Of a stretch of DNA of 64,000 nt, positions 51,054-61,252 are shown in pieces. This DNA comes from Candidatus Bathyarchaeota archaeon (GTDB lineage Archaea > Thermoproteota > Bathyarchaeia > 40CM-2-53-6), in NCBI GenBank assembly GCA_963706285.1, contig CAVPLU010000004.1:96001-160000 (forward strand), given 5' to 3'. The position numbers and the translations under genes were made by a program. Position 1 is the stretch's first letter; every line of letters starts with the position of its first letter. The notes beneath the pieces were generated by a model that saw only the letters and a program-made list of their open reading frames with translations, did no database searches and was not told the DNA's origin.

Positions 51054-53021
51054 ATGTCAGAAAAGATCGGCGTCTACATCTGTCATTGCGGATCAAACAT
51101 CGCTCAGACGGTGGACTGTAAGAGTGTCGTTGAGTACGCTACCGGTCTGCCCAAAGTTGCTGTGGCGCGAGATTATCAATACATGTGCTCTGACCCGGGT
51201 CAGGAGCTTATCAAGAAAGACGTAAAGGAGCTAGGCCTTACGAGGGTCGTGGTTGCCTCCTGCTCGCCTCTAATGCATGAGCCCACTTTTCGCCGTGCGG
51301 TCGAAGAAGCGGGCCTGAATCAGTTTATGTTCCAGATGGCGAACATTCGCGAACAGTGTTCTTGGATCAGCGAGAACAAGGAGATGGCGACCGAACGTGC
51401 GAAGGCAATCGTAGGCGCCGCTGTCAGTCGCGTCTTGTTCCAGGAACCACTCGATGTCAAGAGAGTGCCGGTCAACCCTAATGTCCTGATAGTTGGAGGA
51501 GGAATCACTGGAATCGAGGCCGCACTCCAAATCGCTGACTCAGGGAAGAAGGTCTATCTCGTCGAGAGGGAACCAACGATCGGCGGATACATGGCGCGAT
51601 TCGATAAGACTTTTCCAACCCTCGACTGTGCCGCATGCATCCTCACACCAAAAATGGTGTCTGTCGGTCAGCACCAAAATATCGAGCTTTTGTCATATAG
51701 CGACGTCACTGCGTTCTCCGGATATGTTGGCAACTTCACCGCTCGAGTACGAAGGCGCCCAAAGTATGTTGAAGACGACAAATGCAACGGATGCGGTCTG
51801 TGCACGGAGAAGTGTCCTCTCAGTGTCCCGAGCGAGTTTGATTGTGGACTTGGAAAGCGGAAGGCAATCTACAGGCCGTTTCCGCAAGCCGTACCCAACG
51901 TCCCGGTCATTGATACTGAACACTGCCTATACTTCACGAAGGGCATCTGCAAGGTCTGCCAAAAATTCTGCCCTAGAGGCGCCATAAACTTCGATCAGAA
52001 AGAAACCTTTGTTGACCTGCAAGTGGGAGCTGCGGTTCTGGCAACAGGCTTCGATCTATTCGATGCGTCCAAAGTGAAACAGTTTGGGTATGGTAGGTTA
52101 CCTAACGTCATCACGAGCTTGGAATTCGAGCGACTTTCACACGCGTCCGGTCCAACCGGAGGAAAAATCATGCTCAAGAACGGACAGATGCCCGAGAGCA
52201 TGGCGATTCTACACTGCATAGGAAGCCGCGATACGAACTATAATGAGTACTGCTCGCGCGTCTGCTGCATGTACTCGATGAAGATTGCACACTTGGCTCA
52301 CGAGAAGACCGGAGCAAGAATATACGAGTTCTACATTGACATAAGAGCATTCGGCAAAGGATACGAAGAGTTCTACAAACGAATGCTCAAAGAGGAGACG
52401 ATTTTCATCCGCGGAAAGGCAGCTGAAGTCACTGATGTCGCCCAAACTCCGAGCGAGAGAGGCAAGCTTGTCGTGGTCGCCGAAGATACACTGCTGGGAG
52501 CCGTCCGAAGGATACCTGTCGACATGGTTGTCCTCAGCGTGGGTCTGGAGCCTAGAAAGGACACCGCAGAAGTTGCCAGGACATTCTCGATAAGCAGAAG
52601 TCAGGACGGATTCTTCCTAGAACGTCATCCCAAGCTCGCACCTGTATCAACCGCATCAGATGGCATTTTCATCGCGGGCGCGTGTCAAAGCCCCAAAGAC
52701 ATACCCGACAGCGTGGCCCAAGGCGCTGCGGCAGCAGCCAACGCGCTATCCCTGATCGACAGAAAAGAGGTCACACTTGAACCAACGGTCGCCTTCATAG
52801 ATGAGGAGTCATGCTCAGGGTGCAAGATCTGCATCGGCCTGTGTCCATACAACGCGATAACTTTCGATGAAACAAAGAAGGTATCTCTGGTGAATGACGC
52901 GCTCTGCAAAGGATGCGGTACCTGCGTCGCCGCGTGCCCGTCTGGAGCGATATTGCAGCGCAACTTCACTGATCAGCAACTCCTTGCCGAAGTGGAAGCG
53001 ATCTGCGCCTCAAAACGGTGA
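51054..53021 (+). CDS. hdrA: Heterodisulfide reductase subunit A
   Basis: GVYICHCG, NIREQCSW, DKTFPTLDC, CSRVCC, C-terminal ferredoxin. Confidence 0.94.
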   Translation: MSEKIGVYICHCGSNIAQTVDCKSVVEYATGLPKVAVARDYQYMCSDPGQELIKKDVKELGLTRVVVASCSPLMHEPTFRRAVEEAGLNQFMFQMANIREQCSWISENKEMATERAKAIVGAAVSRVLFQEPLDVKRVPVNPNVLIVGGGITGIEAALQIADSGKKVYLVEREPTIGGYMARFDKTFPTLDCAACILTPKMVSVGQHQNIELLSYSDVTAFSGYVGNFTARVRRRPKYVEDDKCNGCGLCTEKCPLSVPSEFDCGLGKRKAIYRPFPQAVPNVPVIDTEHCLYFTKGICKVCQKFCPRGAINFDQKETFVDLQVGAAVLATGFDLFDASKVKQFGYGRLPNVITSLEFERLSHASGPTGGKIMLKNGQMPESMAILHCIGSRDTNYNEYCSRVCCMYSMKIAHLAHEKTGARIYEFYIDIRAFGKGYEEFYKRMLKEETIFIRGKAAEVTDVAQTPSERGKLVVVAEDTLLGAVRRIPVDMVVLSVGLEPRKDTAEVARTFSISRSQDGFFLERHPKLAPVSTASDGIFIAGACQSPKDIPDSVAQGAAAAANALSLIDRKEVTLEPTVAFIDEESCSGCKICIGLCPYNAITFDETKKVSLVNDALCKGCGTCVAACPSGAILQRNFTDQQLLAEVEAICASKR

Positions 53022-53452
53022 TTGACATGCAGTCGAACTTTGAGCCTAAGATTGTTGGCTTCCTATGCAAGTGGTGTGCCTACACAGGGGCCGATCTTGC
53101 TGGGACAAGCCGGATCAAGTATCCACCCAACGTCACTCCCATCCGGGTAATGTGTTCAGGTCGCGTCGATCCGGTCTTGGTGATGAAGTCTCTAGCATCA
53201 GGTGCGGACGGCGTTCTCATCGCGGGATGCCATCCAGGCGATTGTCACTACACGAGCGGCAACATGAAGACAATCAGGCGATTCAAACTGCTCCAGAAGA
53301 TGCTCGAACAGTTCGGAGTCGAGAGAGATCGCGTGAGACTCGAATGGGTTTCAGCGTCAGAAGGCGAGAAATACGCGGAAGTCGTCGAGAACATGACTAC
53401 GACACTCCGTGCGCTTGGTCCTCTGAACTGGAACGGAGGAAAGGAGGCCTAG
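53018..53452 (+). CDS. mvhD: Hydrogenase [2Fe-2S] subunit D, copy 2
   Basis: FEPKI..CKWCAY, MCSGR, GCHPGDCHY. Confidence 0.94.
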   Translation: MIDMQSNFEPKIVGFLCKWCAYTGADLAGTSRIKYPPNVTPIRVMCSGRVDPVLVMKSLASGADGVLIAGCHPGDCHYTSGNMKTIRRFKLLQKMLEQFGVERDRVRLEWVSASEGEKYAEVVENMTTTLRALGPLNWNGGKEA

Positions 53453-53454
53453 TC

Positions 53455-54413
53455 ATGGCAAATCCAAAGGCAGCTTTCTATTGGGCAAGTAGCTGTGGCG
53501 GATGCGAAATCGCCGTGCTCGAACTTGGAAAGAGTCTTGTTGACGTGTCAAAGAAAGTCGACATCGTCTTCTGGCCAGTTGCTCTAGACTTCAAGTACTC
53601 AGACGTCGAAGCGATGCCTGACAAGAGCATCGACGTATGCTTCTTCAACGGTGCCATTCAGAACGTCCGAAAACGAGCACATGGCAAAGCTGCTCAGACA
53701 GAAATCGAAGATCCTCATCGCTTTCGGAGCTTGCGCCAACGGCGGCGGCATACCTGCATTAGCAAACACAACTAGCAAAGATAAGATTTTCACGCGCGTC
53801 TACAAGGAGACTCCAACCATCGACAATCCAAAAGGCACCATTCCAGAGACCAAAGTGCAAGTGAAGGAGGGAGATACTGACGATCCCTGAATTCTACAAC
53901 ACAGTGAGGACGCTCGACCAGACAGTAGACGTTGACTACTATGTTCCCGGCTGTCCCCCTGTGGGAGAACAAGTTGCAGCAGTGATGGGCAACATAGTTG
54001 GTGGAAAGCTTCCGGCGAAAGGCTCCGTCATCGGCGCATCAGACAGATCACTCTGTGACGAGTGCAAACGTGTCAAGGGAGACAGGAAGATCAAGAAGAT
54101 CGTGCGAACCTACGAGATCGTTCCTGACACGGAGAAATGCCTCTTCGATCAAGGAATAATCTGCATGGGGCCTGCCACCCGCGGAGGCTGCGGTGCACAG
54201 TGTCTCAGCGCTAACATGCCATGCCGGGGCTGCTACGGACCTGTTCCAGGTGTGCTCGATCAAGGCGCAAAGATGCTGTCCGCTTTGTCATCGAACTTCG
54301 ATTCTGAGAATGAGGAAGAGATTGAACGGATCGCAAGCGGAGTGGTAGATCCAATCGGGACTTTCTACAGGTATGGTTTAGCTCGGTCGCTGTTGAGGAG
54401 GGCAAAAGTATGA
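53455..54413 (+). CDS. mvhG: [NiFe]-hydrogenase small subunit, copy 2 (two frameshifts)
   Basis: [35 protein letters not shown] across three frames. Confidence 0.88.
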
Positions 54414-55873
54414 AAACTATCAGTATAGACCCGGTCACGAGACTTGAAGGACACGGGAAGATTGAGATCTTTCTCAACGACGCAGGAAATGTTGAGAACG
54501 CCTACTTCCAAGTTCCTGAACTGAGGGGATTTGAGAAGTTCTGCGAAGGCAGACCAGTTGAAGAAATGCCTGACATCACAAGCAGAATCTGCGGCGTCTG
54601 TCCCTGAAGCCCATCATCTAGCTGCCACGAAAGCGCTGGATGCGGTCTTTCACGTCGACCCCCCATCTCCCGCCAAGAAGCTAAGAGAACTACTGTACAG
54701 CGCCTTCTACGTGGCCGATCACACAACTCACTTCTACATACTCGCCGGACCAGACTTTGTCATGGGCCCCAATGCTCCCAAAGCGGAGCGAAACATACTC
54801 GGCGTAATAGGAAAGGTCGGACTTGATGTCGGCTCTTCCGTGATTAAACATCGTTCAGACGCACTTGATGTTGTCGGCATGATCGGTGGAAGGAGAATTC
54901 ATCCAACATGCGGAGTGCCCGGCGGAGTCAGCAGACCCATCACTGAAGAGGAAAGAGCAAAGATCGAGGAAATCGCAAAATCAGAGATCGAGTTCGCAAA
55001 GTTCACCTTGAAGCTCTTCGAAGATGTCGTCTTAGAAGAACAAGGACTATGTGAATCTCATAAAGAGCGACTTCTACACGACCCCCACATACTACATGGG
55101 CCTCGTCGACGACCAGAACCGAGTCAACTTCTACGACGGCAAAGTCAGAGTGGTTGACCCTGAAGGAAAAGAGTTCGCAAAGTACAATCCCGCCGAATAT
55201 CAGCAACATCTCGCCGAGCATGTCGAACCGTGGACATACCTGAAGTATCCGTACCTGAAGAAAGTCGGATGGAAAGGACTCGTCGGCGGAAAAGACAGCG
55301 GCGTATACAGAGCCACACCGCTCTCACGACTCAACGCGGCCGACGGAATGGCAACACCTCTCGCACAAGTCGAATACAAGAAAATGTATGAGACGTCTAG
55401 GCGGCAAACCCATTCACGCAACACTCGCAACGCACTGGGCTCGTCTGATAGAGCTCCTCTACGCCGCCGAGCGGATGCATGAACTTAGCCGAGATCCAGA
55501 AATCACAAGCCAGAACGTTCGCACGATTCCCACCGCAACCCCAGACGAAGGCGTTGGAATTGTTGAAGCTCCCCGAGGAACATTGACACATCACTACAAG
55601 ACTGACGAGAAGGGACTCGTGAAGAATGTCAACCTGATCGTGGGCACAACAAACAATCACGCCGCGATAAGCATGTCCATCAAACAGGCAGCACAGGGAC
55701 TGATCAAGAACGGCCAAGTCTCGGAAGGTCTGCTGAACATGGTGGAGATGGCTTTCAGAGCATACGACCCATGCTACGGCTGCGCCACACACACTCTTCC
55801 AGGACAGATGCCTCTCGAGGTCAACATCTACAACAAGGAAAGAGCACTACTGCGAAGACTACGAAATCCATAG
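54410..55873 (+). CDS. mvhA: Group 3c [NiFe]-hydrogenase large subunit, copy 2 (three frameshifts)
   Basis: [30 protein letters not shown]; colinear with copy 1. Confidence 0.9.
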
Positions 55874-55938
55874 ACATATCCCACGACTTGCTAGGCCCTG
55901 AAGAGGCCTTCCGAAGCCAGCTCAGGGACTGGATCGAA

Positions 55939-56433
55939 GTGAAGAGACTCGTCCTCGGCATCGGAAACCCGATAATGGGAGACGACGGCGTAGGCATCTA
56001 CGTCGCAAGGATGGTAAGCAATAAGGTTCAATCCCGAGCCGATCTACAGGTCAAGGAACTCGGCGCCAGCGGTCTCAAGCTGGTCGAGGAGATACTCGGA
56101 TACGATGAAGTTGTAATCGTTGACTCCTACGCGGCTGAGAACGCTGAGACAGGCAAGATACGAGAATTCGGCCCCGAAGACTTCGAAGACACATTGCATG
56201 CTTCATCTCCCCATGGAGCGAACTTCGCCACTGCGCTCGAACTATACAAGAACTTCCAGCCCGATCGAATACCCAAGAGTATCCGGATCTTTACGGTTGG
56301 TATCCAACCAACAGACTCATTTGGAGAGACTCTAAGCGACCGCGTCCAAGAAGCCGCAGTGAAGCTTACTGAGATAATTGTCACTTGGATTCAGCAGAGC
56401 GATCAGAATGATGCAGAACTCACCAGACCGTGA
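55939..56433 (+). CDS. Hydrogenase maturation protease
   Basis: GIGNPIMGDDGVG, IVDS, SPH. Confidence 0.9.
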   Translation: MKRLVLGIGNPIMGDDGVGIYVARMVSNKVQSRADLQVKELGASGLKLVEEILGYDEVVIVDSYAAENAETGKIREFGPEDFEDTLHASSPHGANFATALELYKNFQPDRIPKSIRIFTVGIQPTDSFGETLSDRVQEAAVKLTEIIVTWIQQSDQNDAELTRP

Positions 56434-56467
56434 TCAAAGGCATCGGACTTAAGCTAGTCAGTTTGTT

Positions 56468-57040
56468 CTATGCTTTGACAACGATCGTTTTTGCGAGCAT
56501 GTCGCCTAAGCGTTGTCTCTTATCTGTGGCTGCTATCAAGATGATTCCGAGTAGATATAGGAACGGTAGATGGTCGACTATTCTGAGAATGTTCCTGACC
56601 AGAGCGGAACCGAGATCGCATCTTGAACCATCTTCCTTGACCACTCTGATGTGAATGAGTCTCTTGCCTAATGTCTGACCAGAGGTACCCTCGAAGTAAG
56701 TGAAGTAGATTAACCAGAGGATCCACATGACTCCCACTATTCCAAGAATTCCGCCGACCCAGGCCGGCCCGAACGTTCCCGTCATTCTAGCTCCGGTCAT
56801 AACCCACGGTACGAGCAAGAAGATGGACAGTATCCCTGCCACAATGCCGATTATGATGTAGTCTATGATTCCTGCAACTATCCGCGATCCCAGGTCACTC
56901 AAAGGGCTGGGCGGATTGTATCCTGAAGGTGTAGGTGCAGATGGCGTGGATGACGCTCCAATTTCTAGTGTTGTGCCACAGTTCGTGCAGAATTTAGCAT
57001 CACTTCGAACTTCCCTACCGCATTTTGGACAGTATGGCAT
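56468..57040 (-). CDS. RDD-family membrane protein with N-terminal zinc ribbon
   Basis: CPKCG..FCTNCG; RIVAGIID, GQTLGK, QRLGD. Confidence 0.88.
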   Translation of the reverse strand: MPYCPKCGREVRSDAKFCTNCGTTLEIGASSTPSAPTPSGYNPPSPLSDLGSRIVAGIIDYIIIGIVAGILSIFLLVPWVMTGARMTGTFGPAWVGGILGIVGVMWILWLIYFTYFEGTSGQTLGKRLIHIRVVKEDGSRCDLGSALVRNILRIVDHLPFLYLLGIILIAATDKRQRLGDMLAKTIVVKA

Positions 57041-57122
57041 TCTGTATTGCCCTTCGTGGGCGACTGTTTGCAGCAGCTATATCAAGTCATCTTAGATTGT
57101 GGCCCTTTAGCGATAAGAATAG

Positions 57123-58011
57123 TCAGGACTCGCCCACATTCTCCGGCGTTGACTGTTTTCTCAGTAACAGCGAGTTGAGAGCGCCTATCAACGCCTCACA
57201 TGTCGCATGTCGCGCATCTAGGGAATCGTCGGTCTGCATGCCAGCATCAATCTTCTCAATTTCTTTCTGATATTTCGCGATCTGTTCAACAATCTGCAGT
57301 TTTCTTCGCTCGTATTCGTTCCTTAGCTTCTCTTGTTCGGCAGTAAATGATTTCTCAATTCTCTCAAGTTCTTCCTTCGTGGTGCCTAGTTTCCGAGTTG
57401 CTTCAGTCGTCTTCTCTGCCTTGGCTTTCTTTGAGATTCCTCTGAGAAAGCCAGCTCTCATGGCGACTATTCGACTCAGTTCCCCTCGGAGTCTTCCGAG
57501 ATTCTTGACGACAGGTTTGACTGCAAGTTCTCTTTTGCCAGTCATCTCACTAATCTTGGCGGCATATTCCCTATCTGTCTGTGCAAGAAGGCTCCTAGCG
57601 TCGAGAAGTGCGTGGTTGAGTTTGCGAACTGCCTCATGGTTTGACGCTTCTTTGATTCGCTTATCATTCAGAGTCGACTTCGATGTCCGACAGTATGTGT
57701 GAGACTTCGACTTTGAATTGGTCGTCAATTGTGACTGCGGAATTCGCTTGGAAGTCGGAGAGGATGTTTCGAACGCTGAGCAGCCAACGGTCGAAGTGTT
57801 CATGAAATGGAGGAAAGGCAAATCTCTGATCTCCAAGCCGACTTAGACTGTTGAGTGCTCTGCCGGCGACTTCTGCAAGGGTTGTGACGTGTTCCTCTTC
57901 GAGTCGATGCTCCGCCCCAGTTCGCCGCTTCCCAGGCTTGGTCTGAGTTTTGTTCTTTCCTGGTCGTCGACCAAAATCTCTTGGCGTCCGCGCTCGTGGC
58001 TGGAATCCCAT
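57123..58011 (-). CDS. Hypothetical coiled-coil protein (frameshift ~57670)
   Basis: ORFs 57664-58011 and the 3' part of 57123-57836 join; charged helical composition. Confidence 0.6.
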
Positions 58012-58166
58012 GGATCAATTCAAGCATCTCTAGGGTATTTATGAAGAGTCTGCTCCCACGAGACTAGCATCGCTAGGTAGTGTGCCGCTAGCAGACCTGT
58101 TTGGGATGTGACTGGCCAGAAAAGAGAATTCGGTGCTAAGCAGTCCCGAATCATGATCGTCTAATG

Positions 58167-58910
58167 TTAGTATATGCTCTCCTTCGGGAATACTTCGATT
58201 CCGGACGAGTTGATACGGTAAGGCCTGGGCTGCATGTCGATTGCTGTTTCACGCATTTTCTCAACCTGCAATGAGCGAACAATAGATCGGCCTACCTGCA
58301 CTGTCTGCAGGACAATGACTCCATGAGCCAAGTATTCCTCTAGCTGGACAGTTCTCTCCAGTCCAGGGGCTCTCAGCTCCGTTGTGATCATGCATGTTCC
58401 ACCGGTTTCAACGAGCGCCTCGATCAGGTCGAGCACTGCATTTCTTCTCGGCACAATGTCCGGGAACTGAAAAACTAGGGAAGCGATCGGGTCGATGACT
58501 ATTCGCTTTGCACCGATTGCCTTGACTCCAGCTTTGATTCCTTCGATCAGGCTGAGGAGTGAGAAATCCTTCTTACCGATGGTCATCTTTCCTATTTTCA
58601 CTTCCCCAGGAATAGTCCGGATCGGCGATGCGTCGACAAAGGCGAATTTCCGCTCATGCTCAAGTTTGGCTAGATCCCAGCCGAACTTCTCCATCTCCGA
58701 GTAGTAGTGTTGCTTGCTCTCGTCTAGGCTCACGAAGGCTGAGTTCTCACCGTAGTTCTTGATCCCGTTCACCAAGAACTGACTGGCCAAGATGGTCTTT
58801 CCTGCTCCGGGTCCACCCACCAGCAGCACTACTCTCCCTGCGGGTATCCCGCCACCCAATATCTCATCTAGACCCGGAATTCCGGTTAGTGTCCGAGCGG
58901 TCGCTGACAA
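58167..58910 (-). CDS. KaiC/RAD55-like single-domain ATPase
   Basis: TGIPGLD, GGPGAGKT, RIVID, EEY, VEKMR. Confidence 0.9.
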   Translation of the reverse strand: MSATARTLTGIPGLDEILGGGIPAGRVVLLVGGPGAGKTILASQFLVNGIKNYGENSAFVSLDESKQHYYSEMEKFGWDLAKLEHERKFAFVDASPIRTIPGEVKIGKMTIGKKDFSLLSLIEGIKAGVKAIGAKRIVIDPIASLVFQFPDIVPRRNAVLDLIEALVETGGTCMITTELRAPGLERTVQLEEYLAHGVIVLQTVQVGRSIVRSLQVEKMRETAIDMQPRPYRINSSGIEVFPKESIY

Positions 58911-59271
58911 TCAGTAGTCACCGAATCTAAGATAGAATTTGACACCGCTATCAAATATCGCTTTTGCCCACAATTCCACACATTGCACCGTTCTTTGCTA
59001 TTTCGACCAGAATCGTAAGGCGTTAGACACGGAGAATATGCAAGACTGAACGAAGCCAGCGGCATTGGAAGCGACCACTTCTCGTAATCTCTCGCCTTCG
59101 ACTGGGAAGGTCTGGTATGATTAGCAGAATGCCAGTGCAGAGTGCGTTCCTTCAAGATTTGACACTACTGCAAATTCGAAATCAGACTTGCTGGCGAGAA
59201 CGTTTCTAACCCCGCTGGCACGCACTGATGTACGATGATGTTTGATGCTTTGATGGGATGTGGATGCGTCA

Positions 59272-59380
59272 TGGTGGACCGGGCGGGATTTGAACCCGCG
59301 ACCTTCCGCACATTGGAACTGGAGTTTGCCAAGCGGACGATCTTCGGCCCTCGAGGCATACCAGACTGATCTACCGGCCC
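59272..59380 (-). tRNA. tRNA-Ala(GGC) with two introns (D-loop ~21/22, 59343-59357; 37/38, 59311-59326)
   Basis: Acceptor GGGCCGG/CCGGTCC with the G3:U70 Ala identity pair; D stem GATC/GATC; anticodon stem TCCGC/GCGGA; T arm GCGGG-TTCAAAT-CCCGC; encoded CCA. Confidence 0.92.
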
Positions 59381-59572
59381 ACGATAATCGCCTAACATCA
59401 ACGATGTACGACCAATCATCATTTGAAGGGTCGTCCGTCTATGCGTCAGCGACGTGTGAGTTGGGTCTGGCCTCGTTAAATGGATTTTGGAAGCCCGAGA
59501 TTATCAGGGAGATTGAGTGATTGGGAAAGTCTTAATTGAAAGCCGAAAGGCCTACAGTCCCATCCCAGCTGT

Positions 59573-59736
59573 GCCGAGGTAGAACCTTCGGGTTCCTTGA
59601 CAGCTCAGCCTGGGAGAGCACCCGATGCCTGTGAGCAGGTGAGGCTGAAGACCGGGCTGACGGCCAGACGGCTGGCCCAATCGAGTGTTCAAAACCGTCG
59701 GGCCAACCGACGGGGAAAATCACTCCCTCGGCACCA
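59573..59736 (+). tRNA. tRNA-Phe(GAA) with four non-canonical introns (8/9, 30/31, 46/47, 59/60)
   Basis: Removing 59581-59601, 59625-59643, 59660-59680 and 59694-59719 leaves a fully paired 77-nt cloverleaf ending in ACCA; each insert forms a BHB/BHL motif. Confidence 0.92.
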
Positions 59737-59816
59737 ACTACCCTACTTCCTCGAAGTTGACTCCTAGTCTGCAAAAGATAGATCAATGCCTGCAATAGCA
59801 CTGGAAGCAATCTAGG

Positions 59817-60586
59817 GTGCAAAGAGTGCGCGTCGGTTTCGTACAGATGAATCCACGACTACTTCGAGTAGAGGAGAACGTTGACAAAGCGCTCCGCTTT
59901 CTCGAGAGAAACAAAGCGGACCTAATGGTTCTCCCAGAACTCTTCAACACTGGATACAACTTCTCCAACCGTCGAGAGATCGAGAAGGTGGCCGAAAGGA
60001 TCCCTACCGGCTACACGATGTCAGAAGCTTCTGGACCTGTCGCGTAGTCGAAAGATGACGATCGTTGCAGGCATAGCGGAAAGAAGAGGAACAAGTCTAT
60101 ACAATTCTGCAATTGTAGCCCGTAACGGACGGGCGTCAACCTACCGTAAGGTTCACCTCTTCTTCAGGGAGAAGAAATTCTTCAAACCAGGAAACGAGTT
60201 CAAAGTCTTCGGCGATCTCGGAGTCATGATCTGTTTCGACTGGTTCTTTCCCGAGTCCGCTCGGACTCTGATGCTTAAAGGTGCAAAGATAATTGCTCAC
60301 CCATCGAATCTTGTACTGCCTTTCTGTCCCCATGCGATGAAGACGAGATGTATTGAGAACCGCGTCTTCGCAGTGACCGCGGACAGGATCGGCCGTGAAC
60401 AGCGAACTGAAGTACATAGGACGCTCGGAGATAGTTGACACGAAAGGGCGCATCTTGTACTGTGCTTCATCAAATCGAGAAGAGGTGAGGGTTCGTGAGA
60501 TCGATCTTCGAGAAGCTGCCAACAAGAGGATGACCTCCGTGAACGATATCATTCAGGACAGGAGGCCGGAAGTCTACGTGCGCTAG
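59817..60586 (+). CDS. Carbon-nitrogen hydrolase (nitrilase family; two frameshifts)
   Basis: Catalytic triad motifs LPELFNTGY, YRKVHLF, ICFDWFFPE. Confidence 0.88.
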
Positions 60587-60712
60587 CTTGGATGGTTCTA
60601 CGGTGATCGACTGTGAAAGTCTGGGCTTCATGCTTGTAAGTACTAGTATGTCTTTCCGTTGGCTTTGAAATAATAGAACGTACCGTATCTTGGGCCTAAT
60701 AACTTTCAGCTG

Positions 60713-61240
60713 GTGATAGCATCGTCATCTGGCAGTGTGCCGAGGGCAAGTGATACTTCAAGGAGAAGGTTTCTGAAGGCTCTCATAGTCTTCTCTGGCG
60801 CCTCGGTGCTTTTTCCTGTTGGGAGGCTGAGTGCGTATCTCCTTGAGAGAAAATCCGGCATAACCTCTTATCCACGCCAGAAGATCGCAAACAACAGCGA
60901 GGTTCCAGCTGGAGAGAGCCTTCTCTTCATTTATCCTCACGAGGATCGATCAGCTGTTCTCATACATTTGGCGTCAGGCGATTTCGTCGCATATGATGCA
61001 GTCTGCACTCACCTGGGTTGCCAGATCCACTTCGATAAGAAACCGATCAAGGGCTGGGAGGACAGAAAGGATAATCTCTTCTGCGCTTGCCATGGAGCTG
61101 TCTTTGATCCCAAGAACGGCAAAGTCTTGGATGGTCCTCCGCCGAGACCCATGCCAAAGATCAAACTTGAGATCGACACGAATGGCGACATCTATGCCAA
61201 CGGCTACGAGAGCGGTCTCCCGCTCTACGGTGAGGAATGA
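60713..61240 (+). CDS. Rieske [2Fe-2S] protein with Tat signal
   Basis: SRRRFLK; CTHLGC, CACHGAVFD, GPPPRP. Confidence 0.92.
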   Translation: MIASSSGSVPRASDTSRRRFLKALIVFSGASVLFPVGRLSAYLLERKSGITSYPRQKIANNSEVPAGESLLFIYPHEDRSAVLIHLASGDFVAYDAVCTHLGCQIHFDKKPIKGWEDRKDNLFCACHGAVFDPKNGKVLDGPPPRPMPKIKLEIDTNGDIYANGYESGLPLYGEE

Positions 61241-61252
61241 GGAGACAAACAC

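Noticed and set aside
54590-54620. TGA right after RICGVCP in mvhA copy 2, suggesting selenocysteine
   Set aside because: Homology continues in another frame (CPEAHH, matching CPFAHH in copy 1) once one C is removed from CCC. In [NiFeSe] enzymes Sec lies in the C-terminal motif, which is DPC here.
58167-58910. KaiC-like gene as a circadian clock component
   Set aside because: Single-domain KaiC-like ATPases are common in archaea and there is no kaiA or kaiB in the window.
59580-59720. Series of hairpins as a CRISPR mini-array or terminators
   Set aside because: The hairpins are unrelated in sequence and are fully explained as tRNA introns; no cas genes are present.
59532-59822. 96-aa minus-strand ORF (and similar ORFs at 59165-59520 and 21216-21422)
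   Set aside because: Shadow ORFs overlapping tRNA genes.
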